From Thermoanaerobaculia bacterium (lineage in GTDB: Bacteria > Acidobacteriota > Thermoanaerobaculia > Multivoradales > UBA5704), in contig JBGAGQ010000036.1 in assembly GCA_044226625.1 (NCBI GenBank), positions 1-60,784 on the forward strand: a stretch of 60,784 bases of DNA, read 5' to 3'. Positions 22,904 to 32,234 of the stretch are shown one piece after another. Numbering within the stretch: the stretch's first letter is position 1; every line of letters begins with the position of its first letter. The notes under the pieces were generated by a model. The model saw nothing but the letters and a program-made list of their open reading frames with translations. It did not search any database and had not been told where the DNA came from. The position numbers and the translations under genes were made by a program.

Positions 22904-24208
22904 TTACTTCGACGGCTCATCGGCGCCCGTCCGCTCGTCGCCGAGCAGATGGCGGATCGTCTTGTCTCGGCGCAGCTGCTGGCGCAGCGCCTGGAGGCGC
23001 CCGTCCGCATCGAGCGCCTTGCGCAGCGCGGGAGTCGAGGCGCCCTGAGCGCGCGCGAGCGTCGCGAGCGCCGATTCGAACTCGGCCTCGGACACGGCGA
23101 GCTTCTCAGCGTCCGCCACCGCGTCGAGCACGAGGCGGGCATGGACACGCTTCTCGGCGAGCGGCTGCATCTCGTGTCCCAGGCGATGCCAGTCGATCCC
23201 CGCCTTCTCGAGATCGACGCCGCCTCGCGCGAGGTTCTCGGCATAGTCGCGCAGCAACGTCTCGGTCTCGCGGCGCACCACGCCCGCGGGCAACTCGAGC
23301 GGATGGCGCTCGCGCAGCTGGTCGAGCAGATTCCGCTCGCGCTGCTCCCGCCGGTTCTGGCTCTTCTCGCTGCGGATTCGGCCGGCGACCGCGGACTCGA
23401 GCGCCGCGACGTTCTCGAACGAAGCGTTCACCTTCTGGGCGAAGGTGTCGTCGAGCGCGGGGAGGTCGCGCTCACGCACCGCGTCGACCGCGACACGGAA
23501 ATGCCGGAGAGGAGACTCCCCGCCTTCCGTGGCCCCTTCCGAGCCCGCCGCTTCCTTGCGCTCGAAGCGCCCTTCACGTCCGGCCGCAAGGCCGGTGAGC
23601 GCGAGCGACATCTCTTCCCAAACGCGGGGGTCGCCGATCTCGACCTCGAACGGATTGCCCTCGCTTTCGCGGTCCTCCGCCGGGAAGCGCTCGTAGATCT
23701 TGCCCACGACGAGATCGCCGCGCACCGCAGTCCGCTCGACGTCGCGCCAATCGGCCATGCGCTTGCGCAGGTCGTCGAGCGCCTCTTCCACCTCGATCGG
23801 AGCGGGCTCGGTCGGGGGGTCGGGAAGGTTGAATCCCGACAAGCTGCCGAGCTCGATCTTCGGCCGGATCTCGACGGTGGCGGTGAATTTCATCGGCTCG
23901 CCAGGTTGGATCGGATCGACCGAATCGACGTCGGGGGCGAGCAACGGCTCGAGCTCCGCCTCCGCCTGCGCCTGACGCCAGTAGCGCGGCACCAGGCGCT
24001 CGACGACCTCTTGGTCGATCTCTTTGCCGAAATGGCGGCGAACCAGCGCGCCCGGGACCTTGCCCTTACGGAACCCGGGGATCCGCGCCTTGGCGCCGTA
24101 TTCGTGCTGCACGCGCGCCGCTTCCGCTTCGACCGCAGGCGCCGGGATTTCAATCGTCAACTGTTTGCGGCAAGGACCGACGTCCTCCACCGAAAGGACC
24201 ACGCTCAT
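22904..24208 (-). CDS. tig: Trigger factor
   Basis: [10 protein letters not shown] signature; tig-clpP-clpX-lon synteny. Confidence 0.95.
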   Translation of the reverse strand: MSVVLSVEDVGPCRKQLTIEIPAPAVEAEAARVQHEYGAKARIPGFRKGKVPGALVRRHFGKEIDQEVVERLVPRYWRQAQAEAELEPLLAPDVDSVDPIQPGEPMKFTATVEIRPKIELGSLSGFNLPDPPTEPAPIEVEEALDDLRKRMADWRDVERTAVRGDLVVGKIYERFPAEDRESEGNPFEVEIGDPRVWEEMSLALTGLAAGREGRFERKEAAGSEGATEGGESPLRHFRVAVDAVRERDLPALDDTFAQKVNASFENVAALESAVAGRIRSEKSQNRREQRERNLLDQLRERHPLELPAGVVRRETETLLRDYAENLARGGVDLEKAGIDWHRLGHEMQPLAEKRVHARLVLDAVADAEKLAVSEAEFESALATLARAQGASTPALRKALDADGRLQALRQQLRRDKTIRHLLGDERTGADEPSK

Positions 24209-24279
24209 CGATCTTGGACTCCAGAGTTGCCCGGGAAAACGCCATCCATCGGAACCTACCGGCGAGAGTGCGGCGAGAG

Positions 24280-24365
24280 TGCGAAAGAGGGGACTCGAAC
24301 CCCTAACCCGATCTCTCGGGACTAGATCCTAAGTCTAGCGCGTATACCAATTCCGCCACTTTCGC
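24280..24365 (-). tRNA. tRNA-Leu(TAG)
   Basis: GCGAAAGTGGCGGAATTGGTATACGCG...CTAGA-CTTAGGA-TCTAG anticodon arm, long variable arm, GTTCGAGTC; CCA not encoded. Confidence 0.95.
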
Positions 24366-24451
24366 GAAGGGCTCACGGCAGCAAGTTACCCGGAAAAGAG
24401 GTCGGCAAATTCATCGACAGATGCTGTCGCAGAGGTTGTCGGATGATGGGA

Positions 24452-24527
24452 TGGTGAGCCGAGAAGGAATCGAACCTTCAACCCGCAGATTAAGAGTCTG
24501 CTGCTCTGCCAGTTGAGCTATCGGCCC
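24452..24527 (-). tRNA. tRNA-Lys(CTT)
   Basis: GGGCCGATAGCTCAACTGG...anticodon loop CTCTTAA...GTTCGATTC...ACCA, 76 nt. Confidence 0.96.
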
Positions 24528-24648
24528 GTCGAGGAGATTTTATGCCCTGCGAGGGTGGGACGCAACCCTACGACCCACGCGGCGGAAGAGAACCGGTGGG
24601 AGAGAATCTCTATTCCACTTTCCGGGGAACTGCCGCGCAAGCAGCCTC

Positions 24649-24861
24649 TCAACCGCCCTGCACGAAGTGGACGATCTCGATCCGATCTCCCTCAGCCAAC
24701 GGGGAAGCGCCGTATTCGGTGCGCGGGACGATGAGCCCGTTCTTCTCGATCGCCACCGTGCGCGGATCCCGCCCGAGCGCCGCGAGCAGATCGAGCAGCG
24801 TCTCGCCGGTCACGGCGCTGCGGGGCTCGCCATTCAGGAACAGCTCGAAGATCTCAGCCAT
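24649..24861 (-). CDS. thiS: Sulfur carrier protein ThiS
   Basis: 70 aa ubiquitin-like, LNGE, VAIEKNG, GDRIEIVHFVQGG C-terminal di-Gly. Confidence 0.85.
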   Translation of the reverse strand: MAEIFELFLNGEPRSAVTGETLLDLLAALGRDPRTVAIEKNGLIVPRTEYGASPLAEGDRIEIVHFVQGG

Positions 24862-24885
24862 GAATCGGGAAACCTAGCCGGATCT

Positions 24886-25614
24886 CTAGAGGAGGTGCTT
24901 GAGCTCGGCGCGGCCGATCGCCGAAACGGCCGAGACGATCAGGGCCGCCGTGCCCCGACCGAGCGCGGGGATTTCGAAACGAAGGGCCACCAGCCCCATC
25001 TCGTCGCTCTGCCCGGTCGCAAGCGTGCGCGGTTCGGCGATGGTCGAGATCATCTTGACGATCACCTGGGCTCCCGTGACCGGCTGGCCGCTCTTGCTCG
25101 AGCTGGCACGAAGCATCAGGCTCGCTGGCTGGCCGATCGTCAGCTCCCGTTCCCCTTCCAGGGTCACCACCAGTTGCTCTTGATCGGCCTCGTGGGTCAG
25201 GTACTCGAGGATCACCTGATCGAGGCTCCGTTCGGGCGCCATCGTGGCGTCGCCGCGGATCGGTCCGTTCCGGGTCTCCTCCGCCTCCTCCGGCTTCGGA
25301 GTGCGGATGATCGGTACCTTGACGGAGGTGTTGCCCCCGCGGGCCGCCGCCATCGCAGCCCATTTCTCGTCGAGCTTGCCGTGGCGGATCGCGGCGATCA
25401 TCGTCCGGTGCTGCTGATCCATCAGGGCGAGGATCGCCTTCTCTCCATGGCCTTCCGCCAGGAGCCCCGCGTAGCTCGCCTTCTTGCTCACCAGGACCTG
25501 GCCGCTCACGTAGACCAGGCTTTCGATCTGGGGGTTCGCCGCGCCCTTGTCCTCGGTCTGGACGTGAAAGACCACGTCTTTATGCCGGACGTCCGTGTTG
25601 TAGCCGGTGATCAT
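24886..25614 (-). CDS. Conserved hypothetical protein
   Basis: Starts MITGYNTDVRHKDVVFHVQTEDKG; C-terminal beta-rich domain; the longer ORF-track extension overlaps the riboswitch and is unlikely. Confidence 0.75.
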   Translation of the reverse strand: MITGYNTDVRHKDVVFHVQTEDKGAANPQIESLVYVSGQVLVSKKASYAGLLAEGHGEKAILALMDQQHRTMIAAIRHGKLDEKWAAMAAARGGNTSVKVPIIRTPKPEEAEETRNGPIRGDATMAPERSLDQVILEYLTHEADQEQLVVTLEGERELTIGQPASLMLRASSSKSGQPVTGAQVIVKMISTIAEPRTLATGQSDEMGLVALRFEIPALGRGTAALIVSAVSAIGRAELKHLL

Positions 25615-25773
25615 CGTGGCCTTGGGGATCGCGGAGTCTGGCGTTGACGGATGAACAGACCGCGGATTGGGCGCCATTTTAAGAACAGGCACCGCCCGAA
25701 TCAAGGACGCCGCCTCGCGGGCCCGCGAGGCGCGACGTTGGCAGCCGACCGCGCGCGAGCGTAAGATGAAAGT

Positions 25774-25887
25774 GGCCCTCCGAGCTCGGCCGCCCCTCCC
25801 CGGAGACAACGGCGGGAGGCCGAGCCGCTCGAAACTCCAGGGTGGCCGGGGAAACCCGGTCGCCTCCCGCGCTCGGAAAGGTGGGCC
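25774..25887 (+). ncRNA. Moco (molybdenum cofactor) riboswitch
   Basis: CTCCGAGC...CCAGGG-TGGCCGGG-GAAA-CCCGGTCG-CCTCCC...GGAAAGG pattern matching the moaA leader motif; GGCCC/GGGCC closing stem; directly upstream of moaA; TTGGCA-18-TAAGAT promoter just before it. Confidence 0.85.
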
Positions 25888-25988
25888 GGCCCGCCGCAGG
25901 CTCCCGCGCCTCGGCCGTCCGGCTCTTCGTTTCGGCCGGGCGAACCGAACACGCGAAGGCGTCCATGGAGCAACTGGTACAGATCGGG

Positions 25989-27083
25989 ATGAGAAAGCCG
26001 CCGAGCTCACCGGGACTCAGCTCGTACGTCCGGGCGAGCGAAGCGTCTGCGGATCTTTCGACCCGAGCCGACGACCCGGAGGAAGCTCATCCGAGCACCC
26101 GGTTGGTCGACGCGTTCGGGCGGGAGCTTACTTATCTGCGGGTCTCGGTCACCGACCGCTGTAACCTGCGTTGCGTCTACTGCCTGCCAGAAGGCTCCGA
26201 GCTGCCGTTCGGTGAGCGCGATTTCCTTTCGCCCGCGGAGATCGAGGCCCTCGTGGCTGCGCTGGTCCGGCTCGGGATCAGGAAGGTGCGCTTGACCGGC
26301 GGCGAGCCGCTTGTGCGCAAGGACCTCCTGGAGATCGTCAGCCGAATCCGGTCGCTCGGGGGTGTCGAAGACCTCTCCCTCTCGACCAATGGCATGGAGC
26401 TCGAGCGCCTGACTCCCGCTTTGCGCCGGGCCGGTCTCGACCGGGTGAACGTCAGCCTCGACACCCTCGATCCGGTGGAATTCGCCCGAGTCGCCCGGCG
26501 CGGCGATCTCGAAAAGGTCTGGCGCGGGGTCGAGGCGGCCCTGGACGGTGGTCTCCAACCGGTCAAGCTCAACGCGGTCCTGCTGGCCGGCGGCAAGCTC
26601 GAGGAGATGGAGCGTCTGGCCGCTCTCACGCTCGACCGTCCGCTCTCGGTTCGATTCATCGAGATGATGCCCACGCCGGCCAACCGCGACCTGATCTCCG
26701 GCGAGCTCACCTGCGACACCGTGCGCGCTCGGATCGAGCGGCGCTTCGGTCCCCTGGAAGAGGCAGGATCGTTTCGCATTCGGACCGGACCGGCCCGGGC
26801 CTATCGTCTGGCGGGCGCCCGCGGGGAGATTGGCTTCATCACGCCGCTCTCCCATACCTTCTGCGCCGACTGCAACCGCTTGCGATTGACTTCGCGCGGC
26901 GAGCTGAGGCTCTGTCTGTTCGATGAGCGAAATCACCCGCTGCGACATCTGCTCGGCGCAACGGATCCCGAGCGGGCGCTCGAGGCCGAAATCTTGCGGG
27001 TGCTCCAGGAAAAACCCGCGGAACACCTGCTACTTCAGGGTAAGAGCGGGAACCTCGGGAGCTTCATGTCGATCGGCGGCTGA
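25989..27083 (+). CDS. moaA: GTP 3',8-cyclase MoaA
   Basis: YLRVSVTDRCNLRCVYC, RLTGGEP, FCADCNRLRL, C-terminal MSIGG; alternative start at 25965. Confidence 0.95.
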   Translation: MRKPPSSPGLSSYVRASEASADLSTRADDPEEAHPSTRLVDAFGRELTYLRVSVTDRCNLRCVYCLPEGSELPFGERDFLSPAEIEALVAALVRLGIRKVRLTGGEPLVRKDLLEIVSRIRSLGGVEDLSLSTNGMELERLTPALRRAGLDRVNVSLDTLDPVEFARVARRGDLEKVWRGVEAALDGGLQPVKLNAVLLAGGKLEEMERLAALTLDRPLSVRFIEMMPTPANRDLISGELTCDTVRARIERRFGPLEEAGSFRIRTGPARAYRLAGARGEIGFITPLSHTFCADCNRLRLTSRGELRLCLFDERNHPLRHLLGATDPERALEAEILRVLQEKPAEHLLLQGKSGNLGSFMSIGG

Positions 27084-27131
27084 TTCCGCAGCGGTGCGGC
27101 CGCGGGCTCCCATCTCCATTCCCTTCCTTCT

Positions 27132-27398
27132 CTACTCCTCCCCCTCCTCCAACAGCTCTTCCAACCGACCGGCGAGCGACTCGACCCGCTCCCGGATCGC
27201 TTCCCGCTCCTCCCGCCAGGCGGCGGCCCCGTCGCCCGGCTCCTCCGCTTCGGCCAGCCGCGCTTCGAGGTCGGCGACCTTCCGCGCGAGATCTCGATTT
27301 TCGGCCCGCAACGCACGAAGCCGCTCCGACGCCTCGTGAATCTTGGCCTCGAGGGCATCCAGGAATTCGATCGCGGGGGCCTCGACGACGGGGGTCAT
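27132..27398 (-). CDS. Short coiled-coil protein (ZapB-like)
   Basis: Heptad pattern LDALEAKI...WREEREAIRERVESL; position downstream of pheT is typical of zapB/zapA-like genes. Confidence 0.65.
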   Translation of the reverse strand: MTPVVEAPAIEFLDALEAKIHEASERLRALRAENRDLARKVADLEARLAEAEEPGDGAAAWREEREAIRERVESLAGRLEELLEEGEE

Positions 27399-27405
27399 CA
27401 GCGGG

Positions 27406-29601
27406 TCATCCTTTCCAGCCGAAACGGCTCTCGAGAGCGCGGACCAGCTCCATCTGCCGCTCGTTGACCTCGGCCTGCGTCAACGACCGGTCGCCCGCGT
27501 TGTAGAGGAAATAGAGGGTGGTGTTGACCGCGCCCTCGGGCACGCCTTGGCCCCGGTAGCGGTCTTTGAGTCCATGGGACACGAGATCCGCGGGCGAAAG
27601 CTCCGCGATCGCCGCCGCGATCTCCTCCCACGATACCGAAAGCGCGTGGGTGATCGTCGCGTCCGCGGCGACGCTCGGGAACCGGGACGGTGCCTCGACC
27701 GCGAGGCCTACGATGGCATCGGTCTGCTCGGCGCGATCCTCGGGCGCCCCGCCGCGGGCGAGGAATCCTTCCGGCTCCGCTTCGAGGGCGTCGGCTTCGA
27801 GCTCGGCGACGAACAGGGGATACCCTTCCTCACTCGCGAGCCGCCCGATCACTCCGATCGTCCGGTGTTCCGCCCCTTCGTTCACCAGGATCTCCGCCGC
27901 AATCCCCGGCGCCAACCCTCGCGGGGTGGCGGCGTGGAAGGCAAAGGTTTTGCCGAACTCGCTCCCCAGGCTCTCGAGCACCCCCTTGAGGTCGAAGAAG
28001 TCGAGCTCGGTCTGGTGCTCCCAGGGCGTACCGACCCGGCCGCCCATTACCAGGCCGACGCGCTCCGGCTGAAGTGGCAGCGAGCTGCCCCCGAGGTCTT
28101 GGCCCGGGTCGCGGTAGTACACGCGTCCCACCTCGAACAGCCGAACCGCCGCGGCGCCCCGGCGCTTGTTGAAGCGGGCGGTCTCCACGAGGCCGGGAAG
28201 GAGGGACCGACGCATCGAGCCGAGCCGCTCGGAGAGCGGGTTGATCAACGGCACGGCAACCCCGTCCGGCGCGAGCAACGGCAGCTCAGCCTCGTCGCGC
28301 GGATCGAGGAACGCGTACTGGACCGTCTCGGCGAGACCGCAGGCGGCGAGCCGATCCTGGATCCGCGACCGGCGCGCGAGGACCGGATTCTTCGGCGCGT
28401 CCGCGCCGGAGAGCGCCGGAAGCGTCGGCGCGATCGGGTCGAACCCGTGAAGGCGGAGAATCTCTTCGTAGAGGTCGGCCGGGTAGATCTCCTCGCTCTC
28501 GATTTCCCCTTCGTTTCCATCGTTCCGATCGTTCCCTTCGCTCGGTCGGGGCGCGAAGTCGAAGTAGCGCCACGAGGGGACTTCGACCTCCCACGCCTCG
28601 GCTCGGCCCGATTCCGATCCGGCCGGACGGGGCGAGAAGCCGAGGTCGGCGAGCCAGCGCTCGACCGAGTCCGGAGCGATCCGGGCCCCGGCGAACGCCT
28701 CGAGCTTGTCGTGCTCCAACCGGCCACGCCGGGGCGGCCGGCGGCCGGGGCGGACGTCGATCGCCCCTTCGAGCGCCTCGCCGCCCGCGATCTCGACGAT
28801 CAGGCGGGTCGCCCGGTCGACTCCCGCGCGGCACGCTTCGAGGTCGGCGCCGCGCTCGAACCGATGGCTCGCGTCGGTCTTCAAACCGAGCGCACGGCTC
28901 GTCCGGCGCACCGTCGCGCGGTCGAAATGAGCGCCCTCGATCAGCAGGTCGACCGTGCTCTCGGTGACCTCGCTCTCGTAGCCGCCCATCACCCCGCCGA
29001 CGCCCACCGGCACCGAGGCGTCGGCGATCACCAGGATCTCCGGATCGAGCGGGCGGTCGACGCCGTCGAGCGTCTTGATCCGCTCCCCTGCGCGCGCGCG
29101 CCGGACGAGGATCTTCGCGCCACCGAGCTTCGCGAGGTCGTAGGCGTGGAGCGGTTGGCCAAGCTCCCAAAGCACGAAGTTGGTGACGTCCACCACGTTG
29201 TTGATCGAGCGATGGCCGATCGATTCGAGCGCCGCGCGCAGCCAGTCCGGGCTCGGGCCGATGCGCACACCGCGCACTACCCGCCCGACGAAGCGCGGGC
29301 AGAGCCCGGGCTCGGCGATCTCGACCGTCACCACGTCGACGCTGCGGCCTCCCCCTTCACGCTCCGGGGCGACCGGCGGCCGGCGCAGCGGGCGATTTAG
29401 GATCGTCGCGATCTCGCGCGCCAGACCGAAATGGCACATCGCATCCGGGCGGTTCGTGGTCACCTCGACGTCGAGGAGGGTATCGCCGTCGCGGCGCTCC
29501 ATCGTCTCGACCGCAAGCCCGGCCGCCGTGAGCCGGAGCGACAGCTCGATCGGATCGGGCAGGTCGACGTAACGCGAGAGCCATTCACACGAGAAGCGCA
29601 T
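27406..29601 (-). CDS. pheT: Phenylalanine-tRNA ligase beta subunit
   Basis: MRFSCEWL, TTNRPD, INNVVDVTN, RFERG, C-terminal FDX-ACB domain; starts at ATG 29601. Confidence 0.95.
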   Translation of the reverse strand: MRFSCEWLSRYVDLPDPIELSLRLTAAGLAVETMERRDGDTLLDVEVTTNRPDAMCHFGLAREIATILNRPLRRPPVAPEREGGGRSVDVVTVEIAEPGLCPRFVGRVVRGVRIGPSPDWLRAALESIGHRSINNVVDVTNFVLWELGQPLHAYDLAKLGGAKILVRRARAGERIKTLDGVDRPLDPEILVIADASVPVGVGGVMGGYESEVTESTVDLLIEGAHFDRATVRRTSRALGLKTDASHRFERGADLEACRAGVDRATRLIVEIAGGEALEGAIDVRPGRRPPRRGRLEHDKLEAFAGARIAPDSVERWLADLGFSPRPAGSESGRAEAWEVEVPSWRYFDFAPRPSEGNDRNDGNEGEIESEEIYPADLYEEILRLHGFDPIAPTLPALSGADAPKNPVLARRSRIQDRLAACGLAETVQYAFLDPRDEAELPLLAPDGVAVPLINPLSERLGSMRRSLLPGLVETARFNKRRGAAAVRLFEVGRVYYRDPGQDLGGSSLPLQPERVGLVMGGRVGTPWEHQTELDFFDLKGVLESLGSEFGKTFAFHAATPRGLAPGIAAEILVNEGAEHRTIGVIGRLASEEGYPLFVAELEADALEAEPEGFLARGGAPEDRAEQTDAIVGLAVEAPSRFPSVAADATITHALSVSWEEIAAAIAELSPADLVSHGLKDRYRGQGVPEGAVNTTLYFLYNAGDRSLTQAEVNERQMELVRALESRFGWKG

Positions 29602-30668
29602 CAGCGGCTCACCTGACGTAGCAGACGCTCGTCGTTGTCGAACAGCAACCGGATGTTCGGAATACCGTAGCGAAGCATCGCAACCCGATCGACGCCCATG
29701 CCGAACGCAAAGCCGGAGTAGATCTCCGGATCGATGCCGCACCCTTCGAGCACGCGCGGATCGACCATGCCGGAGCCGAGGATCTCCATCCAGCCGCTAC
29801 CCGAGCAGGTTTCGCACCCCTTGCCGTGGCAGAAGACACAGGTGATGTCGACCTCGGCCGAAGGCTCGGTAAACGGGAAGTGGCTCGGCCGGAGTCGAAC
29901 TCCAGTGTCGGCCGAAAACAGCCGCCGCACGAAAGCGAGAAGCGTCCCTTTCAGATCGGCGAAGGTGATCCCCTCGGCGACCGCGAGACACTCGATCTGG
30001 TGGAACATGGGCGAGTGGCGCAGGTCGTTGTCGCACCGATAGACCCGGCCCGGGCAGATCACGCGGATCGGCGGCTTCCGCGAAAGCATGGTCCGGATCT
30101 GCACCGGCGAGGTGTGGGTGCGCAACAGCAGCCCCCCTTCCACGAAGAAGGTGTCCTGCGTGTCGCGCGCCGGATGGTCTTCGGGGAAGTTGAGCGCCGT
30201 GAAGTTGTGGAAGTCGTCCTCGATCTCCGGCCCCTCGGCGACGCTGTAGCCGAGCTCGGCGAAGATCCGCTCCATCTCCCGCATCACGCGGGTCACGGGA
30301 TGGAGGCTGCCGAGCGCGGGGCGACGGCCGGGCAGCGTGACGTCGATCGAGGCGGCGGCGAGGGCCGCCTTCCGCTCGCGCTCGGCGAGCTCGGATTCTT
30401 TGGCGGCGAGGCCGGCCTCGACCTGGGTCTTCAGCCGGTTGACCTGCTCACCGTAGGCCTTGCGTTCGGCCGGAGGGATCTTGCCGATCGCCTCCAGGAG
30501 CGAGCGAAGGACGCCCTGTTTCTTACCGGTCCAGCGCAGACGCAAAGCTTCCCACGACGGCCGGTCGACGACCGTCGAGAGAGCGGCTTCGAATTCCGAA
30601 CCGAGATGTTCCGGGGCGTTCGCGGCCCCGGGGGCCGGGGCCTCGGCCGAATCGCCCGCGGCCGACAC
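29601..30668 (-). CDS. pheS: Phenylalanine-tRNA ligase alpha subunit
   Basis: HPARDTQDTF, LRTHTS, FPFTEPSAE, GFAFGMG. Confidence 0.97.
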   Translation of the reverse strand: MSAAGDSAEAPAPGAANAPEHLGSEFEAALSTVVDRPSWEALRLRWTGKKQGVLRSLLEAIGKIPPAERKAYGEQVNRLKTQVEAGLAAKESELAERERKAALAAASIDVTLPGRRPALGSLHPVTRVMREMERIFAELGYSVAEGPEIEDDFHNFTALNFPEDHPARDTQDTFFVEGGLLLRTHTSPVQIRTMLSRKPPIRVICPGRVYRCDNDLRHSPMFHQIECLAVAEGITFADLKGTLLAFVRRLFSADTGVRLRPSHFPFTEPSAEVDITCVFCHGKGCETCSGSGWMEILGSGMVDPRVLEGCGIDPEIYSGFAFGMGVDRVAMLRYGIPNIRLLFDNDERLLRQVSR

Positions 30669-30669
30669 G

Positions 30670-31044
30670 CTACGCCCCTGACGCGCCCTGACCGAGAGCC
30701 TGCTTGGCGGCCTCGGCGAGCCGCCCGAACCCGGCGGGATCGACCACCGCGAGATCGGCGAGCACCTTGCGGTCGAGCGTCGAGCCGGCGGCCTTTAGAC
30801 CGGCGATCAATCGACTGTAGGAGAGGCCGTGGGTGCGCGCTGCGGCGTTGATCCGCACGATCCAAAGCGCGCGCATCTGGCGCTTGCGCTGCCGGCGGTC
30901 GCGATAGGCGTAATTGAGGGATTTGTCGACCGCCAGCTTGGCGATCCGGTGGGCCTTCGACTTCGTGCCGTAATAGCCCTTGGCGAGCTTCAAAATCTTA
31001 CGGCGACGATCGACCCGCTTGGTTCCGCGCTTTACGCGTGCCAT
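30670..31044 (-). CDS. rplT: 50S ribosomal protein L20
   Basis: MARVKRG...AKGYYG...LWIVRINAA. Confidence 0.98.
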   Translation of the reverse strand: MARVKRGTKRVDRRRKILKLAKGYYGTKSKAHRIAKLAVDKSLNYAYRDRRQRKRQMRALWIVRINAAARTHGLSYSRLIAGLKAAGSTLDRKVLADLAVVDPAGFGRLAEAAKQALGQGASGA

Positions 31045-31235
31045 CTTCTAGAACCTCGTTTCTGCTCGCCGAGCGTCTCGGGAGCGGTCAGGGTCTTCCG
31101 GGCACTTTCGATCGGGCGAAAGCGGTGCGTCGCTCGGAGGACCGACGGCGCCGGTGGACAGGTTCGTCCCACCGGAGGCCGGGCTGGTTTAGACAGGTCT
31201 CTCGGGGCGCGAACGAATCGCGCGGCCCTCGAGCG

Positions 31236-31430
31236 CTACTGGTGAAGCATCGACTTGATGATCGCCTCGAACGCCGGGGAGCAGACCACGGCCTTGCGCA
31301 GGTTCCGCTTCCTCTTCGTCGTCTTCGAGGTCAAACCGTGGCGGTGTTCCGCCTGGTGGCGCACCACTTTGCCGGTCCCGGTGACTTTGAACCGCTTGGC
31401 AGCGCCCTTGTGAGTCTTCTGCTTGGGCAA
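31236..31430 (-). CDS. rpmI: 50S ribosomal protein L35
   Basis: (M)[20 protein letters not shown]; TTG start after AAGGAG. Confidence 0.95.
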   Translation of the reverse strand: MPKQKTHKGAAKRFKVTGTGKVVRHQAEHRHGLTSKTTKRKRNLRKAVVCSPAFEAIIKSMLHQ

Positions 31431-31609
31431 GGGCTTCTCCTTTTCTCTCTCGACTTCTCTCGGGTCTCTTACTTCTCGCTCGGGCCGTCGAGACACACCT
31501 CGACGGCAAAAGACGCGAGATGGTAGCACAGTCCATCCCGGATCCGCGCACGGCGCGCGATCCGCGAGATTCCTCTACCCGGCTTCCTCTCCGGCCGGCT
31601 CGGCGACCG

Positions 31610-32149
31610 TCAGGCTTTGGTCTCGACCTTCTTCACCGGGTTCTTCGGTCCGCCGAAGATCGCGTGCATTCGATTGCCCGCCATCTCCGGGTTGCCTTCG
31701 AGCGTGCCGTTTTCGCCGATGTCGGCCGCGAGGCGTTGGATCAGCTTGAAGCCCAAATCGGTCCGCGCCATCTCCCGGCCGCGGAATTGGACCGTCGCCT
31801 TGACCTTGTCGCCCTCCTCGAGGAAGCGAATCGCGTTCTTCAGCTTGAAGTCGTAGTCGTGGTCGTCGATGTTCGGCCGGAACTTCACTTCCTTGACGTG
31901 GATGATCTTCTGCTTCTTCTTCGACTCATGCGTCTTCTTCTTCTGCTGGTAGAGGAATTTGCCGAAGTCCATGATCCGGCAAACCGGGGGCTTCGCCTCC
32001 GGCGCCACCTCCACCAGATCGAGGAGGCTTTCCTTGGCACGCCGCAGGGCATCCTCGATCGGCACGATGCCGACCTGCCCACCTTCGGCGTCGATCAGCC
32101 GCACCTCGCGGACGCGGATTCGCTCGTTGACTCTCGCGGTCTTGTCGAT
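31610..32149 (-). CDS. infC: Translation initiation factor IF-3
   Basis: RVNERIRVREVRLID, PPVCRIMDFGKF, KEVKFRP; probable non-canonical ATC start at 32149. Confidence 0.95.
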   Translation of the reverse strand: MDKTARVNERIRVREVRLIDAEGGQVGIVPIEDALRRAKESLLDLVEVAPEAKPPVCRIMDFGKFLYQQKKKTHESKKKQKIIHVKEVKFRPNIDDHDYDFKLKNAIRFLEEGDKVKATVQFRGREMARTDLGFKLIQRLAADIGENGTLEGNPEMAGNRMHAIFGGPKNPVKKVETKA

Positions 32150-32234
32150 GGCTAGCTCACCTTTCCTTTCGGTCGCATGCGACCGCTCGAACCGCGGCTT
32201 CGTGCCGCCGTCCGCCTCTGCATCTCGAGGAGCC

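Noticed and set aside
24261-24282. 11-bp tandem duplication GGCGAGAGTGC at the tRNA-Leu 3' end as an att site
   Set aside because: The copies are adjacent with nothing between them and no integrase is present; most likely local slippage.
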